From a virus (Duplodnaviria; Caudoviricetes), in the IMG/VR virus record IMGVR_UViG_3300043775_003512, positions 1-27,050 of that record: a DNA stretch of 27,050 nt; one strand, given 5' to 3'. The notes under the pieces are model-generated. The model ran no database searches. It had not been told where the DNA came from and was given only the letters and a program-made list of their open reading frames with translations. Of the stretch, positions 1 through 10,520 are shown piece after piece. Position numbers and translations under genes: made by a program. Position 1 is the stretch's first letter. Each line of letters begins with the position of its first letter.

Positions 1-318
1 TTAATACTAAAAGAAGTTAAGGGAGAATTTTCTACAGAGGATGACACAATCTTTAGAGCTTTGTCTTTTTGTCAAAAGATGTATGAAACACCAACCTCAA
101 GAGCATATAAAGGTATTGCAACTATGTTGGATAGATTAGGTAGATATATGGAAATTACACCAATAACCCATGGTCGAGATGGTAATTTCAATTCTCTTAT
201 TGCAGCTGCTAAGAATTATGAAGGAATAAGACAATCTTTTAAAGGAGCTTATAAAGATCTTCAGGAAGAACAATCAAGTAAAGTAAGAGGTGGTCAAGGA
301 TTAGCATATGACATGTAA
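1..318 (+). CDS. Conserved protein upstream of terminase, putative terminase small subunit (5'-truncated)
   Basis: Frame 1 is open from base 1 (LILKEVKGEFSTEDD...), so the track's start at 61 is an artefact. Helical protein ending KVRGGQGLAYDM; TAATG stop/start overlap with the terminase large subunit. Confidence 0.5.
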   Translation, partial: LILKEVKGEFSTEDDTIFRALSFCQKMYETPTSRAYKGIATMLDRLGRYMEITPITHGRDGNFNSLIAAAKNYEGIRQSFKGAYKDLQEEQSSKVRGGQGLAYDM

Positions 319-2513
319 TGAGTGAATTTTATAAAGACATACCAACTTATGAAAATGGAAACTGGTCAACTACAAGTTTTGAATCCAGAGAAGACTTCAA
401 GCACTTTATTCTCAATAATGTGTTTAAAGAACCTGGAAAATATTGTTTCAATGACACTACCAATGAAGTATTCATATCTGAATCAATGCGGTTCAAAAAA
501 GATGGGATATACTGTGCGCATCCTTTAAAATCAAAGGATTTCATAGCTTATTGGGATGATCAGAAAGATAAATGCCGAAAAGGAATAATTGTTAAGGACA
601 AAGATTTAACTTGGTTTGTAGCAAGAGAGTACTACATGTGGTTAAACTTCTTACCAATCTTTGATAAAGAACAACAGAAGTTTGACTTTGCTAAAATCCG
701 AGATGCTCAGTATCATATGGCTCTTTATGAACTATTAGCTGAGCTTTCTTACAAGCATGTTGCCATTCTTAAAAAACGTCAGATAGCTTCTTCATACTAT
801 CATATGGGTAAGCTTTTAAATCAACAATGGTTTGAACCAGGGGTTACTTTAAAAATTGGTGCCAGCCTTAAAGATTACATTAATGAAAAAGGATCTTGGA
901 AATTCTTAGAAGAATATGCTGCATTCTTAAATGAGCATACTGCATGGTACCGGCCAATGAATCCTGACAAGGTTATGATGTGGCAACAAAAGATTGAGGT
1001 AAGAAAAGGAGACAGAAAAAATGAAGTAGGTTTAAAAGGTACCATACAAGGAATGTCATTTGAAAAAGATCCTACAAATGGTGTAGGGGGTCCTGTAAAA
1101 TACTTCTTTCATGAGGAAGCAGGTATTGCTCCAAAAATGGATCAAACATATGAATATATGCGGCCGGCCATGAGATCAGGAATGATTACTACAGGTATGT
1201 TTATAGCTGCAGGTTCTGTGGGAGATTTAGGACAGTGTCTTCCGTTAAAGGATATGATTCTGAATCCAACAGCTAAAGATATTTATGCAGTAGAAACAGA
1301 TCTTATAGATGGCAAAGGTACAACAGGTCTGTCAGGTTTATTTATTCCCGAACAATGGTCAATGCCTCCGTACATTGATAACTATGGTAACTCACTTGTA
1401 GAAAAAGCATTAGAAGCATTAAATGACCAATTTAAACAATGGAAAGATGAGTTGGCTCCAGAAGAGTATCAATTAAGAATTTCCCAGCACCCCAGAAATA
1501 TACATGAGGCTTTTGCAAACAGAAGTGTTTCTGTATTCCCAACACATCTCCTTGCTGCACAACAAAGAAGAATTGAAGAAAAAGAATATCCTTGTGAATA
1601 TCTAGATATTTCTACAGATGAGACCGGAAAACCTGTTGTAAAAACAAGTAACAAAAGACCAATAAGCCAATTCCCGATAAGTAAAAAAACTGAAGATAAG
1701 ACAGGCTGTCTTGTAGTTTGGGAAAGACCTGTTCCTAATCCACAGTTTCAAATGTATTATGCATCTATTGACCCTGTTGGAGAAGGAAAGACAACTACTT
1801 CTGAATCATTATGTTCTATTTATATAATGAAAGCTCCTGTACAAATTACTAAAGAGTCTAGCGGTGAAACAGATACCTATATAGAACAAGGTACCATAGT
1901 AGCTGCATGGTGTGGAAGATTTGATGACATAAATAGAACTCATCAAATGCTAGAGCTAATTATTGAATGGTACAATGCATGGACACTTGTAGAAAATAAT
2001 ATTTCTCATTTTATTCAGTACATGATATCAAGAAGAAAACAAAAATATTTAGTTCCTAAAAATCAGATTCTATTTTTAAAAGATCTTAGTGCTAACAATA
2101 ATGTATATCAAGAATATGGTTGGAAAAACACGGGTATATTATTTAAATCTCATATGTTAAGTTATGCTATTGAGTTTACTAAAGAAGAATTAGATATTGA
2201 AACAAAACCCGATGGTACTATTGTAAAAACTAAATATGGAATAGAAAGAATTCCTGATCCTATGTTGATTAAAGAAATGCAAGAATACACTCCCGGTTTA
2301 AACGTGGATAGACTTGTTTCTTTTGCAGCTTTAGTAGCATTCATGAAAATACAAGAATCTAACAGAGGTTTTTTAAAAAGGTATATTACTGACGATACAG
2401 TTAAAAACTTGCAAAAGTCAGATAATTTGTTTAAATTAAATAAGAGTCCGTTTCGTAATATGGGGAAAAATTCTCAAGGTATTAGAAGATCGGCATTTAA
2501 AAATATTAAATAG
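318..2513 (+). CDS. terL: Terminase large subunit
   Basis: 731 aa; Walker A-like LKKRQIASSY, Walker B YFFHEEAG, RNase H-like nuclease motifs YASIDP, VENN, NVDRLVS; directly upstream of portal. Confidence 0.93.
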   Translation: MSEFYKDIPTYENGNWSTTSFESREDFKHFILNNVFKEPGKYCFNDTTNEVFISESMRFKKDGIYCAHPLKSKDFIAYWDDQKDKCRKGIIVKDKDLTWFVAREYYMWLNFLPIFDKEQQKFDFAKIRDAQYHMALYELLAELSYKHVAILKKRQIASSYYHMGKLLNQQWFEPGVTLKIGASLKDYINEKGSWKFLEEYAAFLNEHTAWYRPMNPDKVMMWQQKIEVRKGDRKNEVGLKGTIQGMSFEKDPTNGVGGPVKYFFHEEAGIAPKMDQTYEYMRPAMRSGMITTGMFIAAGSVGDLGQCLPLKDMILNPTAKDIYAVETDLIDGKGTTGLSGLFIPEQWSMPPYIDNYGNSLVEKALEALNDQFKQWKDELAPEEYQLRISQHPRNIHEAFANRSVSVFPTHLLAAQQRRIEEKEYPCEYLDISTDETGKPVVKTSNKRPISQFPISKKTEDKTGCLVVWERPVPNPQFQMYYASIDPVGEGKTTTSESLCSIYIMKAPVQITKESSGETDTYIEQGTIVAAWCGRFDDINRTHQMLELIIEWYNAWTLVENNISHFIQYMISRRKQKYLVPKNQILFLKDLSANNNVYQEYGWKNTGILFKSHMLSYAIEFTKEELDIETKPDGTIVKTKYGIERIPDPMLIKEMQEYTPGLNVDRLVSFAALVAFMKIQESNRGFLKRYITDDTVKNLQKSDNLFKLNKSPFRNMGKNSQGIRRSAFKNIK

Positions 2514-2518
2514 AAGCT

Positions 2519-5269
2519 ATGCAAGTATATAACGCAATGCAGTTAAAAAAGGGAGCTAAAGCAGAGCATAACCGACTAGGTAGTATTACACAGCCTTTGC
2601 AGTTTCTTAGTAAGAGTGAAAAAGATGAACAATGGGCAGCATGGAACCTTGATTGGTTAGAATGGAATGGTCTAAGACAGCTTCGTAGAAATGCTCGGAG
2701 ATTGATGAAAAACTATAAGCTGGCTAAAGGTATTATTGATAGAAGTGATTATATTGTTGAAGAAGATAATGAGTATAGAGATATTGTTGAATTGCTCACT
2801 AAAGAAGATGACTCTGCACTAGAGCTTAGGTTTTATCCTATTATTCCTAATGTGATTAATGTTTTAGTAGCTGAGTTTGCTAAGAGATCTACTAAATTAA
2901 CATATAGAGCTGTTGATGAATATTCATACAATGAAATGCTTGAGCAAAAAAGAACAATGATAGAGGATACTCTAATGGCAGATGCTCAAACTAAAATTAT
3001 AGCAGCTATGTTAGAGCAAGGATTGGATCCTGAATCAGAAGAAGCTCAACAACAACTGTCTCCAAATAATATAAAGTCTTTACCTGAGATTGAAAAATTC
3101 TTTCAAAAAGATTATAGATCTATGGTAGAACAATGGGCTACTCATCAACATAAAGTAGATACTGAAAGATTTAGAATAGAAGAGTTAGAAGAAAGAGCTT
3201 TTCGAGATATGCTTATTACAGATAGAGAGTTTTGGCATTTCAGAATGATGGAGGATGATTATGATGTAGAATTATGGAATCCGGTGCTTACATTTTATCA
3301 TAAATCTCCTGATTCAAGATACATATCTCAGGCCAATTGGGTAGGTAAAACAGATATGCTTACACCATCTGATGTTATTGACAAGTATGGTTATTTAATG
3401 ACTGAAGAACAATTAGCTTCTTTAGAATCTGTTTATCCTATCAGATCTGCGGCATATAATATTGGAGGATTACAAAATGATGGTAGTTTGTATGATGCTA
3501 CTAAATCTCATGAGTGGAATACTCAGATGCCTTCTTTAGCATATAGACAATATACGTCTTTTATGGCAGGAAATGTTACAGATGGTTCAGATGTTATAAC
3601 TCAGATACTTTCTGAAGGAGAAGACTACTATGATGAAGGAACTGCTTATCTCCTTAGAGTAACTACTGCTTATTGGAAATCTCAGAAAAAGGTTGGTCAT
3701 TTAACTAAAATTTCAGAAATAGGGGAAGTCTTTACAGAGATAGTAAGTGAAGATTACACTATAACTGATAAACCTTTATATGACAACCGTCTCTTTAAAA
3801 ACAAAACAAAAGACAATTTATTATTTGGTGAGCATATAGATTGGATTTGGATTAATGAAGTATGGGGAGGTGTAAAAATAGGACCTAATATTCCATCGTT
3901 TTGGGGAATGAATAATCCTGGGGGATTTACACCTGTTTACATAGGTATAGATAAACATAAAATTGGAACTTTAAGATTTCAATTTAAGGGAGACAGTTCT
4001 TTGTATGGATGCAAGCTTCCTGTTGAAGGAAGTATTTTTTCAGATAGAAATACAAGATCTACAGCTCTTATTGATTTAATGAAGCCATACCAGATTGGTT
4101 TTAATATTGTAAACAATCAAATTGCTGACATACTTGTAGATGAATTAGGCACCATTATAATGTTGGATCAAAACAGTTTACCTCGTCATTCTATGAATGA
4201 GGATTGGGGTAAAGGAAATTTAGCCAAAGCTTATGTGGCAATGAAAAACTTTCAAATGCTTCCTTTAGATACTTCTATCACAAACACAGAGAATGCATTA
4301 AATTTTGCTCATTTTCAAAAGCTAGATTTATCTCAGACAGAAAGATTAATGTCCAGAGTTCAACTGGCTAATCATTTTAAACAACAAGCTTATGAAGTAA
4401 TTGGTGTTAACCCACAAAGAATGGGTCAGCAGTTATCTCAAATGACAGCAACAGGTGTAGAACAAGCAGCAGCCGCATCATATGCACAAACAGAAGTGTA
4501 CTTTATTCAGCATTGTGATTATTTAATGCCTAGAGTGCATCAGATGCGTACTGATCTTGCACAATATTATCATTCTACAAAGCCTTCTGCAAGACTTACT
4601 TATTTAACAGAAGCTGATGAAAAGGTAATGTTTCAAATTAACGGCACTGATCTTTTAATGAAAGATCTTAATATTTTCTGTACAACTACTGCAAATAACA
4701 GAGCTGTATTAGAACAACTTAAACAGTTTGCTATTAATAATAATACTACAGGAGCTTCTATATATGATTTAGGTAAAATCATTCAATCTGATTCTATTGC
4801 TGATGTAAACAATGTTCTTAAACTTTCTGAACAAAAACAACAACAGCAGAAACAACAAGAAATGGAAATGCAGCAAAAAATGCAACAAGAGCAAATCCAA
4901 GCTGCTGAAAAACAGAAACAAATGGAGATCCAAGCTGCTGCTGAAAGAGATGATAAGATTATTCAGAAAGATATTACAGTTGCTGAGATCAGAGCGGCCG
5001 GTTATGGGTCAACCGTTGACATAAATCAAAATCAACAATCTGACTTTAAAGATGCTATGAAAGAAATTAGAGAAACCGAACAATATCAAGAACAGACATC
5101 TATTCAAAGAGAAAAGCAAAGTGATGATATGGTAAAGCATTCTCAGAAGATGAACATTGAGCAACAGAAGTTGGCAACTCAAAAAGAGATAGCAGATATG
5201 CAGTTACAGATTGCTAAGACAAACAAGAATAAATATGATTTTCAAAAACCGACAAAAGATAAAAAATAA
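2519..5269 (+). CDS. Portal protein (crAss-like)
   Basis: 916 aa; FYPIIPNVINVLVAE, LIDLMKPYQIGFNIVNNQI and IGVNPQRMGQ segments typical of crAss-like portals; Gln/Glu-rich C-terminal coiled coil; follows terL. Confidence 0.88.
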   Translation: MQVYNAMQLKKGAKAEHNRLGSITQPLQFLSKSEKDEQWAAWNLDWLEWNGLRQLRRNARRLMKNYKLAKGIIDRSDYIVEEDNEYRDIVELLTKEDDSALELRFYPIIPNVINVLVAEFAKRSTKLTYRAVDEYSYNEMLEQKRTMIEDTLMADAQTKIIAAMLEQGLDPESEEAQQQLSPNNIKSLPEIEKFFQKDYRSMVEQWATHQHKVDTERFRIEELEERAFRDMLITDREFWHFRMMEDDYDVELWNPVLTFYHKSPDSRYISQANWVGKTDMLTPSDVIDKYGYLMTEEQLASLESVYPIRSAAYNIGGLQNDGSLYDATKSHEWNTQMPSLAYRQYTSFMAGNVTDGSDVITQILSEGEDYYDEGTAYLLRVTTAYWKSQKKVGHLTKISEIGEVFTEIVSEDYTITDKPLYDNRLFKNKTKDNLLFGEHIDWIWINEVWGGVKIGPNIPSFWGMNNPGGFTPVYIGIDKHKIGTLRFQFKGDSSLYGCKLPVEGSIFSDRNTRSTALIDLMKPYQIGFNIVNNQIADILVDELGTIIMLDQNSLPRHSMNEDWGKGNLAKAYVAMKNFQMLPLDTSITNTENALNFAHFQKLDLSQTERLMSRVQLANHFKQQAYEVIGVNPQRMGQQLSQMTATGVEQAAAASYAQTEVYFIQHCDYLMPRVHQMRTDLAQYYHSTKPSARLTYLTEADEKVMFQINGTDLLMKDLNIFCTTTANNRAVLEQLKQFAINNNTTGASIYDLGKIIQSDSIADVNNVLKLSEQKQQQQKQQEMEMQQKMQQEQIQAAEKQKQMEIQAAAERDDKIIQKDITVAEIRAAGYGSTVDINQNQQSDFKDAMKEIRETEQYQEQTSIQREKQSDDMVKHSQKMNIEQQKLATQKEIADMQLQIAKTNKNKYDFQKPTKDKK

Positions 5270-5324
5270 CTTTAGCTATATAGTGCAAAAAAGTTTTATT
5301 AAATTTTAAATTTTCCAAGTTTAT

Positions 5325-5335
5325 TTTGTATATTA
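5325..5335 (+). promoter_or_regulatory. Putative phage promoter motif TTTGTATATTA
   Basis: Identical 11-mer at 17117-17127; variants at 13081-13091 and 19834-19844; all intergenic and upstream of gene starts. Confidence 0.45.
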
Positions 5336-5345
5336 AAGTATAACA

Positions 5346-5358
5346 TAAAAAACCAACA
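5346..5358 (+). promoter_or_regulatory. Leader motif TAAAAAACCAACA, copy 1
   Basis: Ends 2 nt before ATG 5361; identical at 8335-8347 and 15071-15083. Confidence 0.65.
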
Positions 5359-5360
5359 GT

Positions 5361-6620
5361 ATGAAATATGAAAATAAACCAGATGATCTGGTTCAAGAGA
5401 CTACAACGGTAGGCCAAGTTGATATTGATATAGATGCTATTTTTGGAACACCAGGTGCAGAAAATGTAATGCTTCCTGATAACCAAGAAGAGCCAGAAAA
5501 AAAATCTGTTTTTACGGCTGAAAAAACAGATATGACGTTCTTTGACAATCCTTCTTCAAAAACTGCTGATGAAAAAAGAGTTGATGAAGAAAAACAAGTA
5601 GAAGTTGAAGAGACTATTGCTGAACTAGATAGTTTGATTAGTCAAGAAGAGGATGCTGGTAATAAAGGCAGACCTAAACTTGATAAATCCGGACTTTATG
5701 ATCTAGCTACCAAAATGATTGAGGAAGGTAGTTTAATTCCTTTTGATGATGATAAATCATTAGAAGAATATACTACTAAAGACTTTAGAGAATTATTTGA
5801 AGCCAACTTTCAAGAGAGAGAGGCTAAAATAAGAGAGAACACACCCAAAGAGTTTTTTCAATCTCTTCCTCCAGAACTTCAATATGCAGCAAAATATGTA
5901 GCTGACGGAGGCCAAGACTTAAAAGGTCTTTTCAGAACATTAGCACATGTAGAAGAAATCAGACAGTTAGATCCCTCTAATGAGTATGACCAAGCCGCAA
6001 TTGCAAGACAATATCTCTATGCTACTCAGTTTGGTACACCTGAAGAAATTGAAGCAGAAATTCAAGATTGGTCAGAGCTTGGAAGACTATCTCAAAAAGC
6101 AAATCAGTTTAAACCTAAACTTGATAGAATGCAAGAAGATATTGTTGCTAGACAACTCGCAGAGCAAGAATATAAAAAGCAACAACAAGCAGAACAAGCT
6201 AAAGCTTATCAAGATAATGTTTATAATACTCTTGTAACAGGTGAGGTAGGTGGAATTAAGTTAGATAGAAAAACACAAAGTCAACTTTATTCAGGATTAG
6301 TTCAACCTAATTATCCATCTATTTCGGGAAGAAATACAAACTTGCTAGGACACTTGTTAGAGAAATATCAGTTTGTAGAACCTAGACATGATTTGATTGC
6401 AGAAGCTCTATGGTTACTTTCAGATCCTGACGGCTATAGAAGCAAAGTAAAAGATCAAGGTAGTAAACAAGCTGTAGAAAAAACAGTAAGGCAACTTAAA
6501 ACAGAAGAAGCAAGAAAAAATCCTTCTTCAACAGGTGTAGATAACGAACCTCAACAGAGAGGAGTTTCAAAACCTGGTAAAACAATATCACGTTCAAACA
6601 ATATGTTTAAACGTTTTTAA
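5361..6620 (+). CDS. Putative capsid scaffolding/assembly protein
   Basis: 419 aa; acidic low-complexity N-terminus, helical coiled-coil core, basic C-terminus; lies between portal and major capsid protein. Confidence 0.65.
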   Translation: MKYENKPDDLVQETTTVGQVDIDIDAIFGTPGAENVMLPDNQEEPEKKSVFTAEKTDMTFFDNPSSKTADEKRVDEEKQVEVEETIAELDSLISQEEDAGNKGRPKLDKSGLYDLATKMIEEGSLIPFDDDKSLEEYTTKDFRELFEANFQEREAKIRENTPKEFFQSLPPELQYAAKYVADGGQDLKGLFRTLAHVEEIRQLDPSNEYDQAAIARQYLYATQFGTPEEIEAEIQDWSELGRLSQKANQFKPKLDRMQEDIVARQLAEQEYKKQQQAEQAKAYQDNVYNTLVTGEVGGIKLDRKTQSQLYSGLVQPNYPSISGRNTNLLGHLLEKYQFVEPRHDLIAEALWLLSDPDGYRSKVKDQGSKQAVEKTVRQLKTEEARKNPSSTGVDNEPQQRGVSKPGKTISRSNNMFKRF

Positions 6621-6648
6621 TTAGTAACAATTTAAATTTATATAACAA

Positions 6649-8268
6649 ATGGCAACTCCAGTTTTAAACAATGGTATATTCCTCAGAGATACCGCTTACA
6701 ATGCAAGTTCCCATGTGGATTCATACCACCTGGTGAATATGCTTAAAGATGCTGAGCCAATGGACTTAGGTCCTGTAGACCTTTGGGCTATGGCACAGAA
6801 AGTAGAAATGCCTCTTTACCAAATGTCAAGTTTTGGTGGGAAGAATGTGATCAATGTGGACAACCACAGAGGTGAATACAGATGGCAAACACCTGTAGCA
6901 ATTGATCTTCCTTACATTATTGAAGACATTGAGGATCCTGTTAAAATCCTTGGTACAGATGGTTCTACCTTTAAAATTAAACTTAACAGACGTGAATTTG
7001 GACATGGTGATATCATCACTTATGACAAATATAACGGAGTTGAGATGTACATTACTGATGAAGATATTCTTCCACTTGGTGATGGTTTTGTTTACACAGT
7101 ACAATTGGTAAACAATGACAATTTTAAATTTTTAGATCACAAGTATCTTGCAAACGGAACTAAGTTTTTCCGTAAAGGTTCTGCTCGTGGTGAATATGGA
7201 GAAAGATTCTCTGATATTACTACTAGAACTTCATTCCGTGAATTCTACAACTTTGTAGGAGGAGCAGAAGCTCACGTTCACTATTCAGTATCTTCTCGTG
7301 CTGACTTGATGATCAAAGGTGGTATGAATGCAGACGGTACTATTCCTGTAACTGAAATCTGGAGAACTTTTGATAAGTCTATCCAAGATCCATCAATCTC
7401 TAATCTTGAAGATATGATCAAGATTATGGGTAAAGATAAAGTGAAAAAAGCTTTTGATAATGGTGATCTTTCTAGAACTTTCTTGACTTCTATGGAAGCT
7501 GCACACCTTTCTAAAATTGCAACTGACATCGAGACTTACTTGATGTGGGGACAAGGTGGTAGAGTTCGTCAAGATGGTCCAGATGATATTAGATTGTCTG
7601 TAGGTCTTTGGAAGCAGTTGGATAACTCTTTCAAGAGAGTATACAACAAAAATAACTTTACTCTTGACTTGTTCCGTGGAGAAATCTATAACTTCTTCAA
7701 TGGTAAGGTTGAATTCCAAGGGCCGGATCCAAAACGTTCTCTAATAGTTCAAACTGGTATGGGGGGTATGAGAATGGTTAATGAAGCCATTAAGCGTGAA
7801 GCTGTAGCATCAGGTCTTGTTATTCAGGCTGCTGATATCGGAGCAATCACTGGTAAAGGTATGGACTTGAACTTTGGTTTTGCTTATACTTCATATGTAA
7901 TTCCATTCCTTGCTAATGTTAAGTTTGTTCTTAACCCAGCATTTGATAATATTCATACTAATGACATTGAAAACCCAATCATTGATGGTTTCCCATTGTC
8001 TTCTTATTCATTCATTATTTTTGATATCACTGATAATACTAATGACAATATTTTCTTATTGAAGTTGTCTTGGGATAATCAATTGAAGTGGTGGTATCAA
8101 AATGGTACTATGGACTACATGGGACGTAGCCAAGGCTTCCAGTCTTCTGGTCAGTTCAACGGTTACCGTGTAATGATGACACAAACAATGCCTGCAGTAT
8201 GGGTAAAAGACCCAACTAAAGTATTAAAAATTGTTATGCGTAATCCTGTTACAGGAGGTTCATTCTAA
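6649..8268 (+). CDS. Major capsid protein (crAss-like, HK97 fold)
   Basis: 539 aa; position after portal/scaffold; IETYLMWG, GLWKQL and IVQTGMGG segments; frequent CGT/AAC/TTC codons suggest high expression; followed by a strong terminator. Confidence 0.88.
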   Translation: MATPVLNNGIFLRDTAYNASSHVDSYHLVNMLKDAEPMDLGPVDLWAMAQKVEMPLYQMSSFGGKNVINVDNHRGEYRWQTPVAIDLPYIIEDIEDPVKILGTDGSTFKIKLNRREFGHGDIITYDKYNGVEMYITDEDILPLGDGFVYTVQLVNNDNFKFLDHKYLANGTKFFRKGSARGEYGERFSDITTRTSFREFYNFVGGAEAHVHYSVSSRADLMIKGGMNADGTIPVTEIWRTFDKSIQDPSISNLEDMIKIMGKDKVKKAFDNGDLSRTFLTSMEAAHLSKIATDIETYLMWGQGGRVRQDGPDDIRLSVGLWKQLDNSFKRVYNKNNFTLDLFRGEIYNFFNGKVEFQGPDPKRSLIVQTGMGGMRMVNEAIKREAVASGLVIQAADIGAITGKGMDLNFGFAYTSYVIPFLANVKFVLNPAFDNIHTNDIENPIIDGFPLSSYSFIIFDITDNTNDNIFLLKLSWDNQLKWWYQNGTMDYMGRSQGFQSSGQFNGYRVMMTQTMPAVWVKDPTKVLKIVMRNPVTGGSF

Positions 8269-8280
8269 ATTTATAATTAC

Positions 8281-8309
8281 AAGGGAGGGGGAAACTCCTC
8301 CCTTTTTTT
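8281..8309 (+). terminator. Rho-independent terminator after major capsid gene
   Basis: AAGGGAGGGG-GAAA-CTCCTCCCTT stem-loop (GNRA loop, one G:U) followed by a T run. Confidence 0.9.
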
Positions 8310-8324
8310 AACTTTGTATTTAAT

Positions 8325-8347
8325 AACCAACAAATAAAAAACCAACA
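8325..8347 (+). promoter_or_regulatory. Tandem leader motif AACCAACAAA + TAAAAAACCAACA, copy 2
   Basis: Two AACCAACA cores at 8325-8332 and 8340-8347; the last A of the second is the A of ATG 8347. Confidence 0.65.
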
Positions 8348-9360
8348 TGGAAACAAAATTTACAATGGTAGAAACTACCAGCAGAAAAAAAACTAAGTTA
8401 GCAATTAGACCTTTTATAGATACTAATTCAGGTAACATGGGTCTTGAAGAATATGGTCTAGCTTTATATGACGGTGTTAAACATCATGAACAATTAGCAT
8501 GTCTTGAAGCTAATGGTGTAATGAGATATTTAACAGGCCTTAATGAATTTGCTCCAGAAATCAAGCTTCTTCCTACAGAAGAAAGAGAAGCTAGAGTAAG
8601 ACAAATTAGAGAAACAGTTTCAGAATTAGAAAAAGAACTAGCAGCAAATGTATTAGATCCTGAAGATAAAGATTTTTGGAACCAGGTAAAAATGTTAAAA
8701 CCTGATAATTCAGAGTTTTGGAATAAGATTGAGATTAAGTGTGGTAATGAACCGGTATTCTTAGATCTTACTCAACCTTTTGATAGAATTAAGTATTTAG
8801 CTATTGAAGCAGGAGGATTTTCAATTGTAGCAAAAAGCTATGAAGATGCTAGATCAAGACCTGTACCACCTAAATTCTATCTAGATAAAGAAGAAGAAAC
8901 TTCAATGATTAGAACTGAATACAAGAAGATGCGTAACAAAGCTCTTGCTGAACTTCAGAAATTATATGATAAGAACAGCACTAAACTATTTTACATTGCA
9001 AAAATTGTAGATGGTAATAGTGCCCAATATAGAAAAGCAACTCCGTTGGATGTGATATATGAAAATATGGATAGACACATTAATGGAGAAGGTTCCGAAC
9101 CAAACAAAGAAAGATCAGCTAAATCATTTATAGATGCCGCTAATCTTGACATGGAAACTTTAAAAATTAAATCAATTGTTAGAGATTCCAGTTTTTTTAA
9201 GTATATTATTAATAAGGCAGATGGATATATTTATCATGCTAAGACAGTCACACTGCTTGGTCGAAATGTATCTGATGTAGTTGAGTATTTAAAAAACCCT
9301 TTACATGAAGATATTTTAAATGATCTGAACTCTGCTGTAGAAAAAGTTTGGCAATCTTAA
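8347..9360 (+). CDS. Conserved hypothetical protein downstream of major capsid gene
   Basis: 337 aa ORF with normal codon usage; position typical of a conserved post-capsid gene in crAss-like phages; function not recognisable. Confidence 0.75.
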   Translation: METKFTMVETTSRKKTKLAIRPFIDTNSGNMGLEEYGLALYDGVKHHEQLACLEANGVMRYLTGLNEFAPEIKLLPTEEREARVRQIRETVSELEKELAANVLDPEDKDFWNQVKMLKPDNSEFWNKIEIKCGNEPVFLDLTQPFDRIKYLAIEAGGFSIVAKSYEDARSRPVPPKFYLDKEEETSMIRTEYKKMRNKALAELQKLYDKNSTKLFYIAKIVDGNSAQYRKATPLDVIYENMDRHINGEGSEPNKERSAKSFIDAANLDMETLKIKSIVRDSSFFKYIINKADGYIYHAKTVTLLGRNVSDVVEYLKNPLHEDILNDLNSAVEKVWQS

Positions 9361-9372
9361 ATTAATATAAAA

Positions 9373-9729
9373 ATGAAAACTGTTAAAAAGTATCAAGCTG
9401 GTGGTGAACCATTGATGGGTACTCAACCTCCCATGAAATCTAATAATGGAGCTATTAGAAAATCTAATAAAGGAGCTGTTTCTGAAGCTTCAAAAAAGTT
9501 TAAAAACTCTATGAAAGAACAGTCAAGACCTCCTTATCAACTTAATCCAGATTCTCGTCCAAAAAAATTTATGCAAAAAAGCGGTACTACAGGTGTAGGT
9601 AAAAGCATTACTACTAAAAAAGGTTCTATGGCAACAATGTCTAAAAAACCTCTTACACCTAAAGCTGCATACGGAATGGCTGTAAAACCAGGTATGATGA
9701 AAAAAGGTGGAAAAATGAAATCTAAATAA
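9373..9729 (+). CDS. Small Lys/Met-rich basic protein with xxGG motifs
   Basis: 118 aa; KKYQAGG at N-terminus, MMKKGG near C-terminus; tightly packed in the operon. Confidence 0.75.
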   Translation: MKTVKKYQAGGEPLMGTQPPMKSNNGAIRKSNKGAVSEASKKFKNSMKEQSRPPYQLNPDSRPKKFMQKSGTTGVGKSITTKKGSMATMSKKPLTPKAAYGMAVKPGMMKKGGKMKSK

Positions 9730-9737
9730 TCATTAAG

Positions 9738-9935
9738 ATGAGAAGTCCTAAAGGTAAAGTTGCCCGATTAGAAAAAAAAGAAAACAAACTTGTTTATAAA
9801 GGGAACAAGGCTGTTGATGAAGGTAGAGAAAGAAAAGCAGATAGACTTTTAAAAAGAGCTGCTAGAACTGAAAACCGTGTAATCAAAGCAACTGAAAAAA
9901 TGAAAAAAGGTGGATCAGTTAAAAAGAAAATGTAA
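9738..9935 (+). CDS. Small basic protein with MKKGG motif
   Basis: 65 aa, K/R-rich; TAATG overlap with next gene. Confidence 0.7.
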   Translation: MRSPKGKVARLEKKENKLVYKGNKAVDEGRERKADRLLKRAARTENRVIKATEKMKKGGSVKKKM

Positions 9936-10273
9936 TGCCTAAAGATTCTTGCTATCATAGTGTAAAGGCAAGGTACGATGTATTTCCTTCAGCAAGAGCT
10001 TCTCAAGCTATTGCTAAATGCCGTAAAGGTAAAGGTCAAGTAAGAAAGACTGAGAAGGGTACTGAGCTTAAAAGATGGCAAGCAGAAAAATGGCAAGATA
10101 CAAAATCTGGAAAAGCTTGTGGGGCCGGTGGTAAAAATGAATACTGCCGGCCTACCAAAAGAGTTTCAAGTAAAACACCTAAAACTAAAAGTGAAATTTC
10201 TCCTTCTAAACTAGCTGCTAAGAAAGCTGAGAAGTCTAGAGTAGGTATGGGGAGAAGAGTTAAAAAAGTATAG
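9935..10273 (+). CDS. Small basic protein with four Cys (aquatic virus hypothetical family)
   Basis: 112 aa; LKRWQAEKWQD...CG...YCRPTKRVSSKTPKT pattern resembles small basic proteins recurring in aquatic viral genomes (from memory, not searched). Confidence 0.75.
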   Translation: MPKDSCYHSVKARYDVFPSARASQAIAKCRKGKGQVRKTEKGTELKRWQAEKWQDTKSGKACGAGGKNEYCRPTKRVSSKTPKTKSEISPSKLAAKKAEKSRVGMGRRVKKV

Positions 10274-10275
10274 TT

Positions 10276-10518
10276 ATGGCAATAAGAAAAACAACTGCTA
10301 AAAAAGCACCAGCTAAAAAATCAAATACAGCAAGTATTTCAATTGGTCTTGGTACTAATAAAGCTGAGATGAGAAAGTGGGAAATTGAATCTGCTATGTC
10401 TACATTAAAGAGAGCAGCAGAAATTCAAAATGATTCCAAGCTTATGTCGGATGTAAAAAAGATGGCAATGGAACAAGCTAAGATGTTTAATAATCTTGCT
10501 AATGGTAAAATGAAATAG
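10276..10518 (+). CDS. Small basic protein
   Basis: 80 aa; histone H1-like N-terminus (KTTAKKAPAKK), helical C-terminus; 2-nt gaps to both neighbours. Confidence 0.7.
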   Translation: MAIRKTTAKKAPAKKSNTASISIGLGTNKAEMRKWEIESAMSTLKRAAEIQNDSKLMSDVKKMAMEQAKMFNNLANGKMK

Positions 10519-10520
10519 TC

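Noticed and set aside
4830-4945. CAA/CAG-rich quasi-repeat in the portal gene
   Set aside because: It encodes the Gln-rich coiled coil usual at portal C-termini; not an independent DNA repeat.
318-8268. Introns or inteins in terminase, portal or capsid genes
   Set aside because: The ORFs are continuous with plausible lengths; no intein splice motifs or embedded LAGLIDADG/HNH domains seen.
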